A stretch of DNA of 64,000 bases. It comes from a virus. Taxonomy: Duplodnaviria; Heunggongvirae; Uroviricota; Caudoviricetes. Positions 47,742 through 57,215 of the stretch are shown here, piece by piece. A program made the translations under genes and the position numbers. Where the stretch lies: the IMG/VR virus record IMGVR_UViG_3300009709_000002, positions 232,228 to 296,227 of that record. One strand, 5' to 3'. The notes under the pieces are model-generated. The model searched no databases. It had not been told where the DNA came from and worked only from the letters and a program-made list of their open reading frames with translations. Position 1 is the stretch's first letter, and each line of letters begins with the position of its first letter.

Positions 47742-48329
47742 TTAGAGAGTTGCGAGGTCTTCAAGACCATAGTCAATCAGTTCATTTTGGCAATCGAGAA
47801 TAGACTTGCCGTCATCAAGCATCTCCTGAACAATCTCAAAAGCATCTACGTAGCCTGGAATCTGACCAGGATTGCTAAATTCTACAATCTTCAACTTAGG
47901 CATCTTCATAAGATAAAGCACACCGCACTCTGGTGTCGTGCCATAAATGTGTAGTTCCTCAACTCTGTCAAGCTTCGCGCCTTTAAGAGATTTCAAGGTG
48001 CAGCGCTGAATTGTCAAAACTCGAGTGTTGATTAGATCTTCTGCATTGAGAATGTAGCGCTCCATGGTGACCTTATTGAGCTTCATGTTGCTCCAATCCT
48101 CTACCGTCATTTCAGCAGATGAGAAGTTGGAAAGCTTTTTACCGTCGATCCAGACACCAGCAGCAGATTTCTTGTGAATCTTGCCTTGTTCATCGATGTA
48201 GAATGCCTCATCCAGTCGCAATCCATGATGGCTAGCGTCATAGAACTTGGCATGATTTCTACGCCATTTTGCTGTTGATTGATATGCTGCAGAATGTTCT
48301 TCAGTTTCAAATAGTTCTTGTAATTTCAT
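47742..48329 (-). CDS. LRR-like paralogue family member
   Basis: MKLQELFE leader; LKSLKGA; CGVLYLMKMPKL; DCQNELIDYGLEDLATL. Confidence 0.8.
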   Translation of the reverse strand: MKLQELFETEEHSAAYQSTAKWRRNHAKFYDASHHGLRLDEAFYIDEQGKIHKKSAAGVWIDGKKLSNFSSAEMTVEDWSNMKLNKVTMERYILNAEDLINTRVLTIQRCTLKSLKGAKLDRVEELHIYGTTPECGVLYLMKMPKLKIVEFSNPGQIPGYVDAFEIVQEMLDDGKSILDCQNELIDYGLEDLATL

Positions 48330-48979
48330 AGCTTTGCAAAATCATCTAGGCCAGCATCAATCAGCTCATCTTGGCACTCAATGATGTCCTTATTTTCTAG
48401 GTGGTTATTGAGAATCTTCAGTGCTTTAGCAAATTTGGTGTTGAACGTAACACCTGAGTTAAATGTCGTACCTTTGAAATTTTGTAGCTTCAATAACGGC
48501 AAGACACCAACAACGCATTGGCTAAAGATATCTTCATCTAGATAAATTTCTTTGAGCTTCGGAGCATATCGTTGAATGTTCTTAAATGACTTGATCTGAA
48601 TTGAAAATTCATCTTCAAATACAATGCTTGTGGTTTCTACTGGAAGACATAAAAAGTCAGGAATGATGATGTCTGAGAAGGCAACATCGATGCCGTGATC
48701 ATGTGGCACCTGATCACTGTTAAATTCCCACATATCACCACGCATTGGTGGCACTACTCCTTCAAATGCAATAGTAAAGAGTTTTTCTACTTTAGGATCA
48801 AACCAGACGTGGTGCCCATTTGTCTTGAAGTATTCTTCAACAAACCATTCACGTGAGCTCTTAGTCCAATCCTTGTAATGGTGAACTTCACCATCAGAAA
48901 ACTGAAACCTCAGGTGTTCTTTAGCCCACTTTCTGATTTGCTCAGATGTGGTTTCAGTGAGATATTGCTTGAATTTCAT
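48326..48979 (-). CDS. LRR-like paralogue family member
   Basis: MKFKQYLTE leader; ECQDELIDAGLDDFAKL; late box CATAAATA at 49001-49008. Confidence 0.8.
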   Translation of the reverse strand: MKFKQYLTETTSEQIRKWAKEHLRFQFSDGEVHHYKDWTKSSREWFVEEYFKTNGHHVWFDPKVEKLFTIAFEGVVPPMRGDMWEFNSDQVPHDHGIDVAFSDIIIPDFLCLPVETTSIVFEDEFSIQIKSFKNIQRYAPKLKEIYLDEDIFSQCVVGVLPLLKLQNFKGTTFNSGVTFNTKFAKALKILNNHLENKDIIECQDELIDAGLDDFAKL

Positions 48980-49058
48980 AAGGCACCTTGTTAAAGAGGC
49001 TATTTATGAAAGCAACAAAACGGTCCCGAAGAACCGTTTTGTTTGTGAATGAGGAGGA

Positions 49059-49349
49059 TTACTCCTGCGAGATCGGGTGAATCGTGATGCGGTGGCCCTC
49101 ATCTTCGAGGACGCGCTTCATGTGCAGCGCCATCACGCCGGCCTTCGCCTGATTGAAGACGGCGCCGCGCAACTTGAACTGGAGATCGTTGTGCGGAAAG
49201 TGAATTTCAGTGCTGCAGTTGAATCCCCACTTCTGCTCGATCGGACCACCAATCGGTTTACGAAGTTCGATCGGCAGACGCTCAACGACGGTTTTGAGCA
49301 GCTCCGGGCTGACGCGTTTGTTCGAGTTGATGAGAATGCTCCAAGCCAT
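49059..49349 (-). CDS. Hypothetical protein
   Basis: 96-aa ORF with RBS ggagg; followed by a terminator at about 49017-49040. Confidence 0.55.
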   Translation of the reverse strand: MAWSILINSNKRVSPELLKTVVERLPIELRKPIGGPIEQKWGFNCSTEIHFPHNDLQFKLRGAVFNQAKAGVMALHMKRVLEDEGHRITIHPISQE

Positions 49350-49361
49350 GAATACCTCCGG

Positions 49362-49730
49362 TCAGGTTGATGATTTATCTTTCATTCGTTGATACTCGAG
49401 ATGTTCGATTTGCTCACGCAGTTCGAAATACTCGGCGTTCCACTTGTTGCCAGGATCATTGCGCTTGTGGCCGATACCATTCACGTCACACGTATGCATC
49501 GTGCACATCGGACGAACGTGTGGCGGTGCTATGCAGCCTGTCGGACCCATCATCGGAAGCTTGGGATGCCCCGTCGGTTCGAGCTTGAGGTTCCATTCTT
49601 CCGCGGCTGTTTCGATAGCAGCTTCGCAGTATTCAGGAGAGCAGCACGTTTGCGGCATACGGCAGCTGAGACGACATTCCGGCTCAGTCAAGTCATACAT
49701 CGACTTGTACAGCTTGATCAGTTGTTCCAC
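49362..49730 (-). CDS. Cys-rich protein (YkgJ-like metal-binding)
   Basis: CxxxC...CC...C...GC...RPMC...C. Confidence 0.6.
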   Translation of the reverse strand: MEQLIKLYKSMYDLTEPECRLSCRMPQTCCSPEYCEAAIETAAEEWNLKLEPTGHPKLPMMGPTGCIAPPHVRPMCTMHTCDVNGIGHKRNDPGNKWNAEYFELREQIEHLEYQRMKDKSST

Positions 49731-49745
49731 GTGCTGCTCCTTGAC

Positions 49746-49940
49746 TTACTCGTGAACGATGTCGACACCGGCGTTACCGAGGATGTTGCGGATGATGTTG
49801 TACGTGCCTTCTTGCTGATCAGCACGCGGACGATCTTCATCGACGAGGCTGACGTGGTTGTTCTCGAAACGATCATCTTCGATCGAATAATTCGAGATGG
49901 TGACACCACGATCACTTTTGGACAGGTAGATGGTTGCCAT
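49746..49940 (-). CDS. Hypothetical protein
   Basis: 64-aa ORF with RBS. Confidence 0.5.
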   Translation of the reverse strand: MATIYLSKSDRGVTISNYSIEDDRFENNHVSLVDEDRPRADQQEGTYNIIRNILGNAGVDIVHE

Positions 49941-49954
49941 ATGCTAAACTCCAG

Positions 49955-50425
49955 TTACGGGTTGTGACGAAGGGCACGCAGAACTGCGGCCTCGAGCGCT
50001 TCCATACCGCCGAAGTCATGCACACGACGATAGTTAGCGTAGAGCTTGCGGAGCGGCAAGAGAGTTTCCTCAATCATGTCGATCCGGCGAGAATCATTCT
50101 CCATCTTCTTCTTGCGGACATCCAGCTCGACGGCCTCATCGCGAATCTTCCAATCCACGATATCTTCTTCATTGCCCCAGCGCTTTTTCCACATAGCGTT
50201 CTCGAGACCAGAAGCTTGCGTCTCGCTGAACTTGGCTCCGGTGTAGACCTGGCCGATATTGCGGTCCAGCTTCTTGGTGAGAAGGAAAATTCGCTTCTTA
50301 TCGGAGAGAGTTCCATCGGGATTGATGGTCAGCATCAGAACCCCAACCTTGCCACCTTCGAGGTGCCGCTTGCCGCAGTACACGAAGTCCAATGGGACGA
50401 GGTCTTCTGTTGTTTCAGCGTCCAT
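49955..50425 (-). CDS. Hypothetical protein
   Basis: 156-aa ORF after the promoter TTTACT-N16-TATAAT at 50458-50485. Confidence 0.55.
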   Translation of the reverse strand: MDAETTEDLVPLDFVYCGKRHLEGGKVGVLMLTINPDGTLSDKKRIFLLTKKLDRNIGQVYTGAKFSETQASGLENAMWKKRWGNEEDIVDWKIRDEAVELDVRKKKMENDSRRIDMIEETLLPLRKLYANYRRVHDFGGMEALEAAVLRALRHNP

Positions 50426-50532
50426 GGTAGGATTCCTGTTTGTTTGACGATAGGATTATTATATCATCTTCTAACTGGAAGTAAACAACAAAAGCCGCGA
50501 GACCTGAAATCTCGCGGCTTTTACCACTTTTC

Positions 50533-51486
50533 TTATACTAACTGGCCCTGAATCCACTCATGAATGGAAATTTCTCGTCTTTTGGCAGCTTCACTTAGGA
50601 GCTCCAAGAGCCGAGCATCATCGATAGCCCGACCAGTAGCAATACTGATCTTCTTCGCAATCATCTTGCTGCGATCTTCAGCCGAGGTGAGCGGTTCTTC
50701 ACCAAAGAACAAAGCTTGCACCGGGTTGATGACGGTTGACAGCGGTGGCATGTCAAGCTCCACCATCATCGAACGAAGAACCGGTTCCTTAGGACGAAAC
50801 TGCATCGGAATCTTCGCGAGCGTTTCTTCATCAAGGCGTCTCAGCACCTTGCGCTTAGCGACGTAAGTGCCACGCTTGAAGAAGGCGGGATAGTCATTGA
50901 AGTTGACTCCCTTCTGGAAGAGCATCTCCTGCTTTTCAGCGCCGCTAACACCTTGAAGATCTCTGTGATCGAAGTATGAGTGCGCTGCCATCGTGATGGC
51001 GTTCTTCGTAGCATCATGCTCACGCCACAAGAAGTTCAGGTAAGCTTCATGTAGGTCGAGCGGCTGCCAAACTCGGCAGTCAAACTCAGGTGATTCATGC
51101 TGCTTTTCAGGAATGTTCTTCGCGAGATGTTTGTTGAAGTACACCGATGCTGAAGCGGCTAACAGCGAGCAATACTTCTGAAAACGACCATTGAAGTCAT
51201 AGTCGCTCATCTCATCGACTGATCGATACCAGCACAGCGTGATCTCATCGCTTTGGCAATAACCGACCATAGCCTGATACTTGTCGACCAGGTGCTTTGT
51301 CGTGTTGATCATCAGCCGTGAAAGGCCAGGGTGATACGGACGCGTCAGACCTTGGGTGAAGTTGTGAAAACCTCGACCATCAAGACGAGCGATTAGCGGC
51401 ATTCCCTTTCTTGCTTTTCTATTTGCTTCGAGACCCTCAATCTCCTTGAGACGGTCTCCAAGTGAGTCTGCTCTATCCTTTGACAT
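50533..51486 (-). CDS. tRNA(His) guanylyltransferase Thg1-like protein (3'-5' polymerase)
   Basis: IARLDGRGFH, YCQSDEITL, FDCRV, R..DATKNAI motifs. Confidence 0.9.
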   Translation of the reverse strand: MSKDRADSLGDRLKEIEGLEANRKARKGMPLIARLDGRGFHNFTQGLTRPYHPGLSRLMINTTKHLVDKYQAMVGYCQSDEITLCWYRSVDEMSDYDFNGRFQKYCSLLAASASVYFNKHLAKNIPEKQHESPEFDCRVWQPLDLHEAYLNFLWREHDATKNAITMAAHSYFDHRDLQGVSGAEKQEMLFQKGVNFNDYPAFFKRGTYVAKRKVLRRLDEETLAKIPMQFRPKEPVLRSMMVELDMPPLSTVINPVQALFFGEEPLTSAEDRSKMIAKKISIATGRAIDDARLLELLSEAAKRREISIHEWIQGQLV

Positions 51487-51720
51487 TTATCCACTCATAG
51501 TACAGGCACCTACAACGAGGGCCAAGATGACGATCGGAGCTTCTTGCAATGCAAGTCCGACCAGCGCTACAACTACACATAGCGTAAGCATTATTTCATT
51601 CCTGAAAAGATATGAATTGTAAAGAGCACCATGAAGATGATCCCTACTACAACAGCAAGTTTTGCAAAACCAGACATCTCATCGCCAAAGAAGATTTCTT
51701 CCAGCGCACCGATGATCGTA

Positions 51721-51978
51721 TCAAGCAGCATTAGCATCGGCATAATCAAGTCCTTGACACAAAAGAATCAAACCACGAACATTCTTGGGCAGAGCTTCAA
51801 CGTCATACTTGATGTCTTTCTCGATCTTTGCCTCTACCCGCTCAATGATATTCTCAATGTCGAGAGAGCTCAAGAAAAGATCAAAATCAAGTTCCTCATC
51901 CAACAGGATGGTGTCTTCTTCAACGTTGGCCAGATCGGCAATTTCGGACAGAACGATGTCCTTGATGTAGCTGCTCAT
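51721..51978 (-). CDS. Acyl carrier protein-like
   Basis: Acidic, 85 aa; DLFLSSLDIENII corresponds to the ACP DLGxDSLDxVELV motif. Confidence 0.6.
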   Translation of the reverse strand: MSSYIKDIVLSEIADLANVEEDTILLDEELDFDLFLSSLDIENIIERVEAKIEKDIKYDVEALPKNVRGLILLCQGLDYADANAA

Positions 51979-51982
51979 TACT

Positions 51983-52942
51983 TCAATAGTTTTCATGGGG
52001 TTTTGTACCGGCCTCAAGGTGCCAGTTTAGCTTCGTCCTGAGCGTATCGTAGTACGAGTAGCCCGGTGACTTCAGCATGGTAACTCGGTCTGATGAATAG
52101 TAGATGTTGATTTCATCACCAACATCGAGACGACCCATTTCTCGGCCGTCTGCTTCAACTTTCGCCAAACCTTGCTTTACTGCTACTTTGATCACACGAT
52201 CACGACCAGGAACGATCAGCGGTCGGTGAGCCAAAGTTTGTGGCATCATGGGCACAATCTGCAGAAGATCTTCTCCGGGTGCCATAATTGATCCGCCGGC
52301 TGCCAATGAGTAAGCCGTAGATCCAGTGGGTGTAGATACAAGCAGCCCGTCGGCTCTGACGTGGAAGGCGTGAGCATGATTGATGAAGACTTCGAGTTCC
52401 AGAAGTTTCGAAGTTGCTCGAGTGATAGAGAACTCATTTAAAATCCTGTCAACGATGAACTCAAAATCTTCATTCTCTTTGTAGCCCGCCTTGTAAGCGA
52501 TGCCTTCAAGGAGACCGAACTGACGAACCTTGCCAAACTCAGGGTGGCGAATGAGATCACGAACTACTGCACCAGCATGCTTCGACGGAATGTCTGTGAT
52601 GAAACCAACCCGGCCTAGATTAACGCCGATAAGAGCCGGGTGATCGAGAGTATGAACTGCGTGCAGCATCGTTCCATCACCACCAACTACAACCACTACG
52701 TCACACGCATTCAGCTGATCAGTTCTTGCACGAATGATCTTCGATGGATCACTGCACCAATTACCAGCATCATTGAAGCGCTCTTTAAAATCATTGATCG
52801 TGTCATTGTGAACTCTCACGTCATAGCCCGACTCTGTAAGCCAGACGATGATTGACGAGATGGTTCGGAAGAGCTCCGGGTTTGATGCACCCGAAGCTCC
52901 ACCAAAACGACCGATCAGGCCGACCGTTTGGATTTCACTCAT
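51983..52942 (-). CDS. nadK: NAD+ kinase
   Basis: GGDGTML, GVNLGRVGF, NE, DGLLVSTPTGSTAYSLAAGG; start reassigned to MSEIQTV. Confidence 0.92.
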   Translation of the reverse strand: MSEIQTVGLIGRFGGASGASNPELFRTISSIIVWLTESGYDVRVHNDTINDFKERFNDAGNWCSDPSKIIRARTDQLNACDVVVVVGGDGTMLHAVHTLDHPALIGVNLGRVGFITDIPSKHAGAVVRDLIRHPEFGKVRQFGLLEGIAYKAGYKENEDFEFIVDRILNEFSITRATSKLLELEVFINHAHAFHVRADGLLVSTPTGSTAYSLAAGGSIMAPGEDLLQIVPMMPQTLAHRPLIVPGRDRVIKVAVKQGLAKVEADGREMGRLDVGDEINIYYSSDRVTMLKSPGYSYYDTLRTKLNWHLEAGTKPHENY

Positions 52943-53451
52943 TACGTGCCAGTAACCTTGACGTTGAGGATGAGGCACAGATCGTACAAGCTTTGGTGAA
53001 CCAGCTGGCTACCAGGCAGGTTATACGGCTGAGCGCGAGCATACTTGCGAGTCAGATCACGCAGAACGTCACGGCTAATCGAAGTTCCAGATTGCGGCTG
53101 AAGCGGCGGCACCGGACGAGAGAATGGAAGTGAAGCTTGTGCAGGAGCCAAACCCTTGGGGATCAACTTCAGCCGCTTGCGAGCCAGCTGTGCACGTGAT
53201 TGATCACGATAAAACTTTGCAACAGCTTGTGCATCGTATGGTGCAGTTACGTAATACTTGCCGTCACGGCGTTTGCCACCTTCATAGACGACTTTGAGTA
53301 GACCAACAGCTTTCAGCGCATTGATCAGGCCAGAGATCGAGTTGGTGCTATAGTGATGCGATTGAGCATACGGCGTTAAAGCTACCGTAACTTGACGAAG
53401 GGTCTTGCCAGGAAATTTCTTGAAGTGATCGTAAACGACTTTGATGTACAT
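52942..53451 (-). CDS. Hypothetical basic protein, possibly winged-helix DNA-binding
   Basis: ISGLINALKAVGLL...GKYYV pattern; first gene after a TATAC promoter. Confidence 0.5.
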   Translation of the reverse strand: MYIKVVYDHFKKFPGKTLRQVTVALTPYAQSHHYSTNSISGLINALKAVGLLKVVYEGGKRRDGKYYVTAPYDAQAVAKFYRDQSRAQLARKRLKLIPKGLAPAQASLPFSRPVPPLQPQSGTSISRDVLRDLTRKYARAQPYNLPGSQLVHQSLYDLCLILNVKVTGT

Positions 53452-53517
53452 TGCTCTATACTCTCCGAAAGAGCTATTAAATTACCACCGGAGAAAACTT
53501 CAGTCCGGGCAGGTTGT

Positions 53518-53559
53518 GATATGAAGATTATATCCAACGTTCCAGACTGAGTATATTTT
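53518..53559 (-). promoter_or_regulatory. TATAC-class promoter
   Basis: AAAA-TATACT-N17-TATAAT-CTTCATATC. Confidence 0.7.
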
Positions 53560-53572
53560 AGAGCAATATGTT

Positions 53573-54163
53573 TTACAGCTTTGCAAACTTATCTAGATCA
53601 TTGTCGATGAGCTCTGTTTGGCAAGCTAGCACGTCCTTGTCAGCCAGATGGTTCTTGGCGATCGTGAGAGCGTCGAACATTTCATCTGAAATTTCAGAGT
53701 GTGATGGTCGTTTGAGGCTCAATCGTTTGAGGTTTGGGAACTTCAACAAACCAAGCACTCCGTTGAACTCCGCATCTGACAGTTCAATCGATGTGACCTT
53801 GTCGAGACGGTTGACACCCTTAAGATCACCAACAGAAAGATGGCTTAATGACAGAAGCTTAACGTTTGGTAGATCTTTGCCACTCAAGTTTAAGCCGATA
53901 AAAGCTACGCTGTCCATGCCTTCAACCGACTTAAGGTAATCGAAGGGGCAGGTAGAGATGTCTTGAGCTTCACCTTGATCAATACAAAATTCAACATTCT
54001 TGACATTTGGAGCGAATGTAACCTTCCCATCGGCGTCAATAGTTGTATACGAATCAGTGTCAAGCTGCACATAGTTAGAGGCATACAATATGCACCAGTG
54101 CATCACCCACTTCTCAACTTTCTTCTGAATTTCTGTTTCTTCAAAAATCTGCTTAATTTTCAT
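53573..54163 (-). CDS. LRR-like paralogue family member
   Basis: MKIKQIFEE; GVLGLLKFPNLKRL; ACQTELIDNDLDKFAKL. Confidence 0.82.
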   Translation of the reverse strand: MKIKQIFEETEIQKKVEKWVMHWCILYASNYVQLDTDSYTTIDADGKVTFAPNVKNVEFCIDQGEAQDISTCPFDYLKSVEGMDSVAFIGLNLSGKDLPNVKLLSLSHLSVGDLKGVNRLDKVTSIELSDAEFNGVLGLLKFPNLKRLSLKRPSHSEISDEMFDALTIAKNHLADKDVLACQTELIDNDLDKFAKL

Positions 54164-54792
54164 AGCTTTGCGTACTCATCACAGCCTGCATCAATCAACG
54201 CGGTTTGACACTCAACGATGTCGCCATCAGCCAGGTGATCATTGACGATCTTAAGAGCTTCTGCTAGCTTGTCATCTACAGTGTGCTTTCGTGCCTGAAG
54301 ATTTTCAAGCTTTGGAAAGTCTTTCTTCTTTAAGAAACGAAGGAGCCCGCAATGAACTTTTGTGAAGTTAGCAATTTCGATATCTTCCACATCATTCAAC
54401 GGATCACCAACAGTTTCGAACGTTTCTATCTCACAGTTATTGAAGACTAGGTAGCTAACGTTAGGTATGTTCTTTAGTTTGGTGCCATGCTCAAACTTTG
54501 CATGATACAGTACCATGCCATATTGGTCTGGGTCCCAGTCATTGGATTCAAATGGACAGTACCATGGGCGACCGTGCATGTCAATCTTCACGTCAGCTAT
54601 TCCCCATGCCTCTATCCTACCAGATTTTTCACTAACTTGAAAACCAATATCATCTGGGTCTGCTTCATCCCAAATCTTTTCAATCGGCCAACTATCATAG
54701 TGGGGATCCATCGGCGATAATTCAACGTGTTCTTTAATCCAAAATTGAGCATTTGGATTTGCTGATTCTTTCAGGAAATCTTTGAATTTCAT
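54160..54792 (-). CDS. LRR-like paralogue family member
   Basis: MKFKDFLKE; CGLLRFLK; ECQTALIDAGCDEYAKL. Confidence 0.82.
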   Translation of the reverse strand: MKFKDFLKESANPNAQFWIKEHVELSPMDPHYDSWPIEKIWDEADPDDIGFQVSEKSGRIEAWGIADVKIDMHGRPWYCPFESNDWDPDQYGMVLYHAKFEHGTKLKNIPNVSYLVFNNCEIETFETVGDPLNDVEDIEIANFTKVHCGLLRFLKKKDFPKLENLQARKHTVDDKLAEALKIVNDHLADGDIVECQTALIDAGCDEYAKL

Positions 54793-55379
54793 AACTTTGC
54801 GTACTCTTCAAAACCAGCATCAATAAGTTGAGATTGAGCTTCTACCGTATCTTTGTCCTTAAGATTGTCACTGATGATATGGCAAAGCTTTGACATTTCA
54901 GTTTGGTTGTTGATGCCCATGCAAACTTGAGCTTGCGACTTGATAATGCGAAGAACTCCACACTCAAGCACATCTTTTGGATCATGTCCACCAAAAGAAA
55001 TATTGACGAGCTGACGTTTCTTCTCAATACCTTTGAAAGACTTGAAGACGCAATCCTTGAACAGCACAACCTGCACGTCTGGCACATCTTCATAGTCTTC
55101 GAACTCATAGTTCTCAAACACCATCCGAGACACGCTCCAGGCAGTTGGTGGTATTCCCTGCGGCCCTTCAAACTTACGTTTTGGACCAGACAAGTGTTCG
55201 GCCTTTGTAAAGCCATTCAACTTGTATGAAGATCCGGAGCTTTTCAAGATGTCATACTTGACGATACGACCATTTTGATACTTCAACTGAGCAGGCATAC
55301 CTTCAAAGCGATTATCGGCATACCATTTGTCAAATGTTTCTTTGTGTCCTGCACTTTCTACTAGGTCTTTTAATTTCAT
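54789..55379 (-). CDS. LRR-like paralogue family member
   Basis: MKLKDLVE; CGVLRIIK; EAQSQLIDAGFEEYAKL. Confidence 0.82.
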   Translation of the reverse strand: MKLKDLVESAGHKETFDKWYADNRFEGMPAQLKYQNGRIVKYDILKSSGSSYKLNGFTKAEHLSGPKRKFEGPQGIPPTAWSVSRMVFENYEFEDYEDVPDVQVVLFKDCVFKSFKGIEKKRQLVNISFGGHDPKDVLECGVLRIIKSQAQVCMGINNQTEMSKLCHIISDNLKDKDTVEAQSQLIDAGFEEYAKL

Positions 55380-56014
55380 GGTTGTGCCCAATCATCTAGG
55401 TCTGCATCGATTAACTCATTCTGAAAATCGATGAGTGATTTGCTGTGATTCATTGCATCTTGCATCTTACCAGTAAGCTTTGATAGTTCATCTGTATTGT
55501 TGCTGCTATCCATGTGAATTCTATCCAGGTAAGGCATTTTGTAGATGTAAATGATGTTCTTCTTTATCTGCTCACAGTCACGCAATTCAAGTCGATGAAC
55601 AACTGGTAGAGCCTTATCAATTCCTTTCCAAGTATCAATGATGCAGCCTCTGAGTATCACACCGCTAATATCAGCTGGCGGCATCAAGTTCCAGTCATTT
55701 ATACGCGCACCTTTGATTCTTAACATGATGCCATCATCAATATCAATTTGCCATTCAGGCTCACCAGGCGGTTGTCTAAATGGTTCATTTTTGAAATTTA
55801 AATTGACTTGTAAAATAGCTCCATCAAATATAATCTTTTTGCCGTCATCAACTATTTGAAGATAGCCGTCTTGATCTTTTGTCTTATCAGCGCCAAATTT
55901 GACACTGTATTGAGCACGATATCCATCGTCATCAATGCTATACTCCATATGCTTCTCAAGCCACTGGACAAGCGTAGTGGTTGGATCTTCTTTCAAGAAC
56001 TCTTTGAATTTCAT
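55376..56014 (-). CDS. LRR-like paralogue family member
   Basis: MKFKEFLKE; DFQNELIDADLDDWAQP. Confidence 0.8.
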   Translation of the reverse strand: MKFKEFLKEDPTTTLVQWLEKHMEYSIDDDGYRAQYSVKFGADKTKDQDGYLQIVDDGKKIIFDGAILQVNLNFKNEPFRQPPGEPEWQIDIDDGIMLRIKGARINDWNLMPPADISGVILRGCIIDTWKGIDKALPVVHRLELRDCEQIKKNIIYIYKMPYLDRIHMDSSNNTDELSKLTGKMQDAMNHSKSLIDFQNELIDADLDDWAQP

Positions 56015-56586
56015 AGCTTAGCAATCTCTTCAAATCCTGCATCAATTAAGTCTGCTTGGCATTCAACAATGTTCTTGCCACTCGATAGATGCTTATTTAT
56101 GATGTCTACCGCCTTGTCGTCTAGCACGTGCTCAGCTGTATGAATTTCATTTAGATTATACATCTTAAGAAGTCTTAACCATCCACCTTCAACAGTCGTG
56201 CTCCCGGTAAAATACATACGTCTTATTTTACCAAGCTTTTCGATATTTCTAAAAGACTTGATGATGCAGCCATGAAAGCCTAGTGAGTTTGTAACATTAG
56301 GTGCTCTACCAATGTCATCAATCGTATAGTCCCACAGTGCAACCGAATAGAATTCACCCCAATCAGTTGGCTTAATAAAAGCTGGTGGGTTCCACCTGTC
56401 TTTAACGCTTTCACGACCCATAAAATCGACAGTCTTGGTGTGAGCAATTAAGCACTCAAGCTCGCCGTCTTTTGAATAGTAAGCAACAGGCTGATCTTCT
56501 GGCTCACGCTGATCTGCTTCCCATTTTGAAAATTCAATCTGCTCTTTTGTTTTCGTGCTAGCTTCTAGGAACGTTTTGAATTTCAT
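56011..56586 (-). CDS. LRR-like paralogue family member
   Basis: MKFKTFLE; GGWLRLLKM; ECQADLIDAGFEEIAKL. Confidence 0.82.
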   Translation of the reverse strand: MKFKTFLEASTKTKEQIEFSKWEADQREPEDQPVAYYSKDGELECLIAHTKTVDFMGRESVKDRWNPPAFIKPTDWGEFYSVALWDYTIDDIGRAPNVTNSLGFHGCIIKSFRNIEKLGKIRRMYFTGSTTVEGGWLRLLKMYNLNEIHTAEHVLDDKAVDIINKHLSSGKNIVECQADLIDAGFEEIAKL

Positions 56587-57215
56587 AGCTTTGCCCAATC
56601 ATCAAAATCCGCATCAATCAATTTATCTTGAAATTCAAGTGTAGATAATTTTGCTTTTAGGCTGTCTTTAAAAATTTTGATAGGTTGGTTATCAAATCCA
56701 TTGCCTTTTATCTTGAAGCTATTCCAATCTAACTCTAAAACATCTTCATGTTTTAGAGCATATTTGTACAAAGACAATAAACCACATGGCTTATTTGTAT
56801 CTACCGAGTTAATATCACCAAGCTCTAAATGCTTTAAATTCGTGAGTTTATCTATACCTTTAAATGACTCAAAATTACACAGCTTCAAATAAATTGATTT
56901 GATATTTGGAAGCAACGTTGCGTCTTTGAAATTCATTCTAAGCACTTTCATGTGACTAAATTTTTCAAAGGCTTTAGGTGCATCAAATGGAGGATCAAAA
57001 TCAGCATATCCATACAAGCTAATGTCATTATACTCTAGATCGCCAGCCTGCGCAGAGTGAGGTCCAGTTTTCAAGAGCTTAATGTCGACATGGCCGTCCT
57101 TGAACGTAAGTTTTTTAGTTGCCGAGTAGCCATTCACGCTCATACCATCAACATACTTATGCAACCACTTGCTAGCAGCTTTGTCTTCTGTGGACATTAT
57201 TTCAACTAACTTCAT
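56583..57215 (-). CDS. LRR-like paralogue family member
   Basis: MKLVEIMSTE; FESFKGIDKLTNLKHLEL; EFQDKLIDADFDDWAKL. Confidence 0.82.
   Translation of the reverse strand: MKLVEIMSTEDKAASKWLHKYVDGMSVNGYSATKKLTFKDGHVDIKLLKTGPHSAQAGDLEYNDISLYGYADFDPPFDAPKAFEKFSHMKVLRMNFKDATLLPNIKSIYLKLCNFESFKGIDKLTNLKHLELGDINSVDTNKPCGLLSLYKYALKHEDVLELDWNSFKIKGNGFDNQPIKIFKDSLKAKLSTLEFQDKLIDADFDDWAKL

Noticed and set aside
11428-55229. Numerous plus-strand ORFs of 60-230 aa antisense to minus-strand genes (for example 24938..25633, 49934..50551, 27306..27725)
   Set aside because: They are shadows of the real opposite-strand genes, with no RBS, promoter or recognisable motifs.
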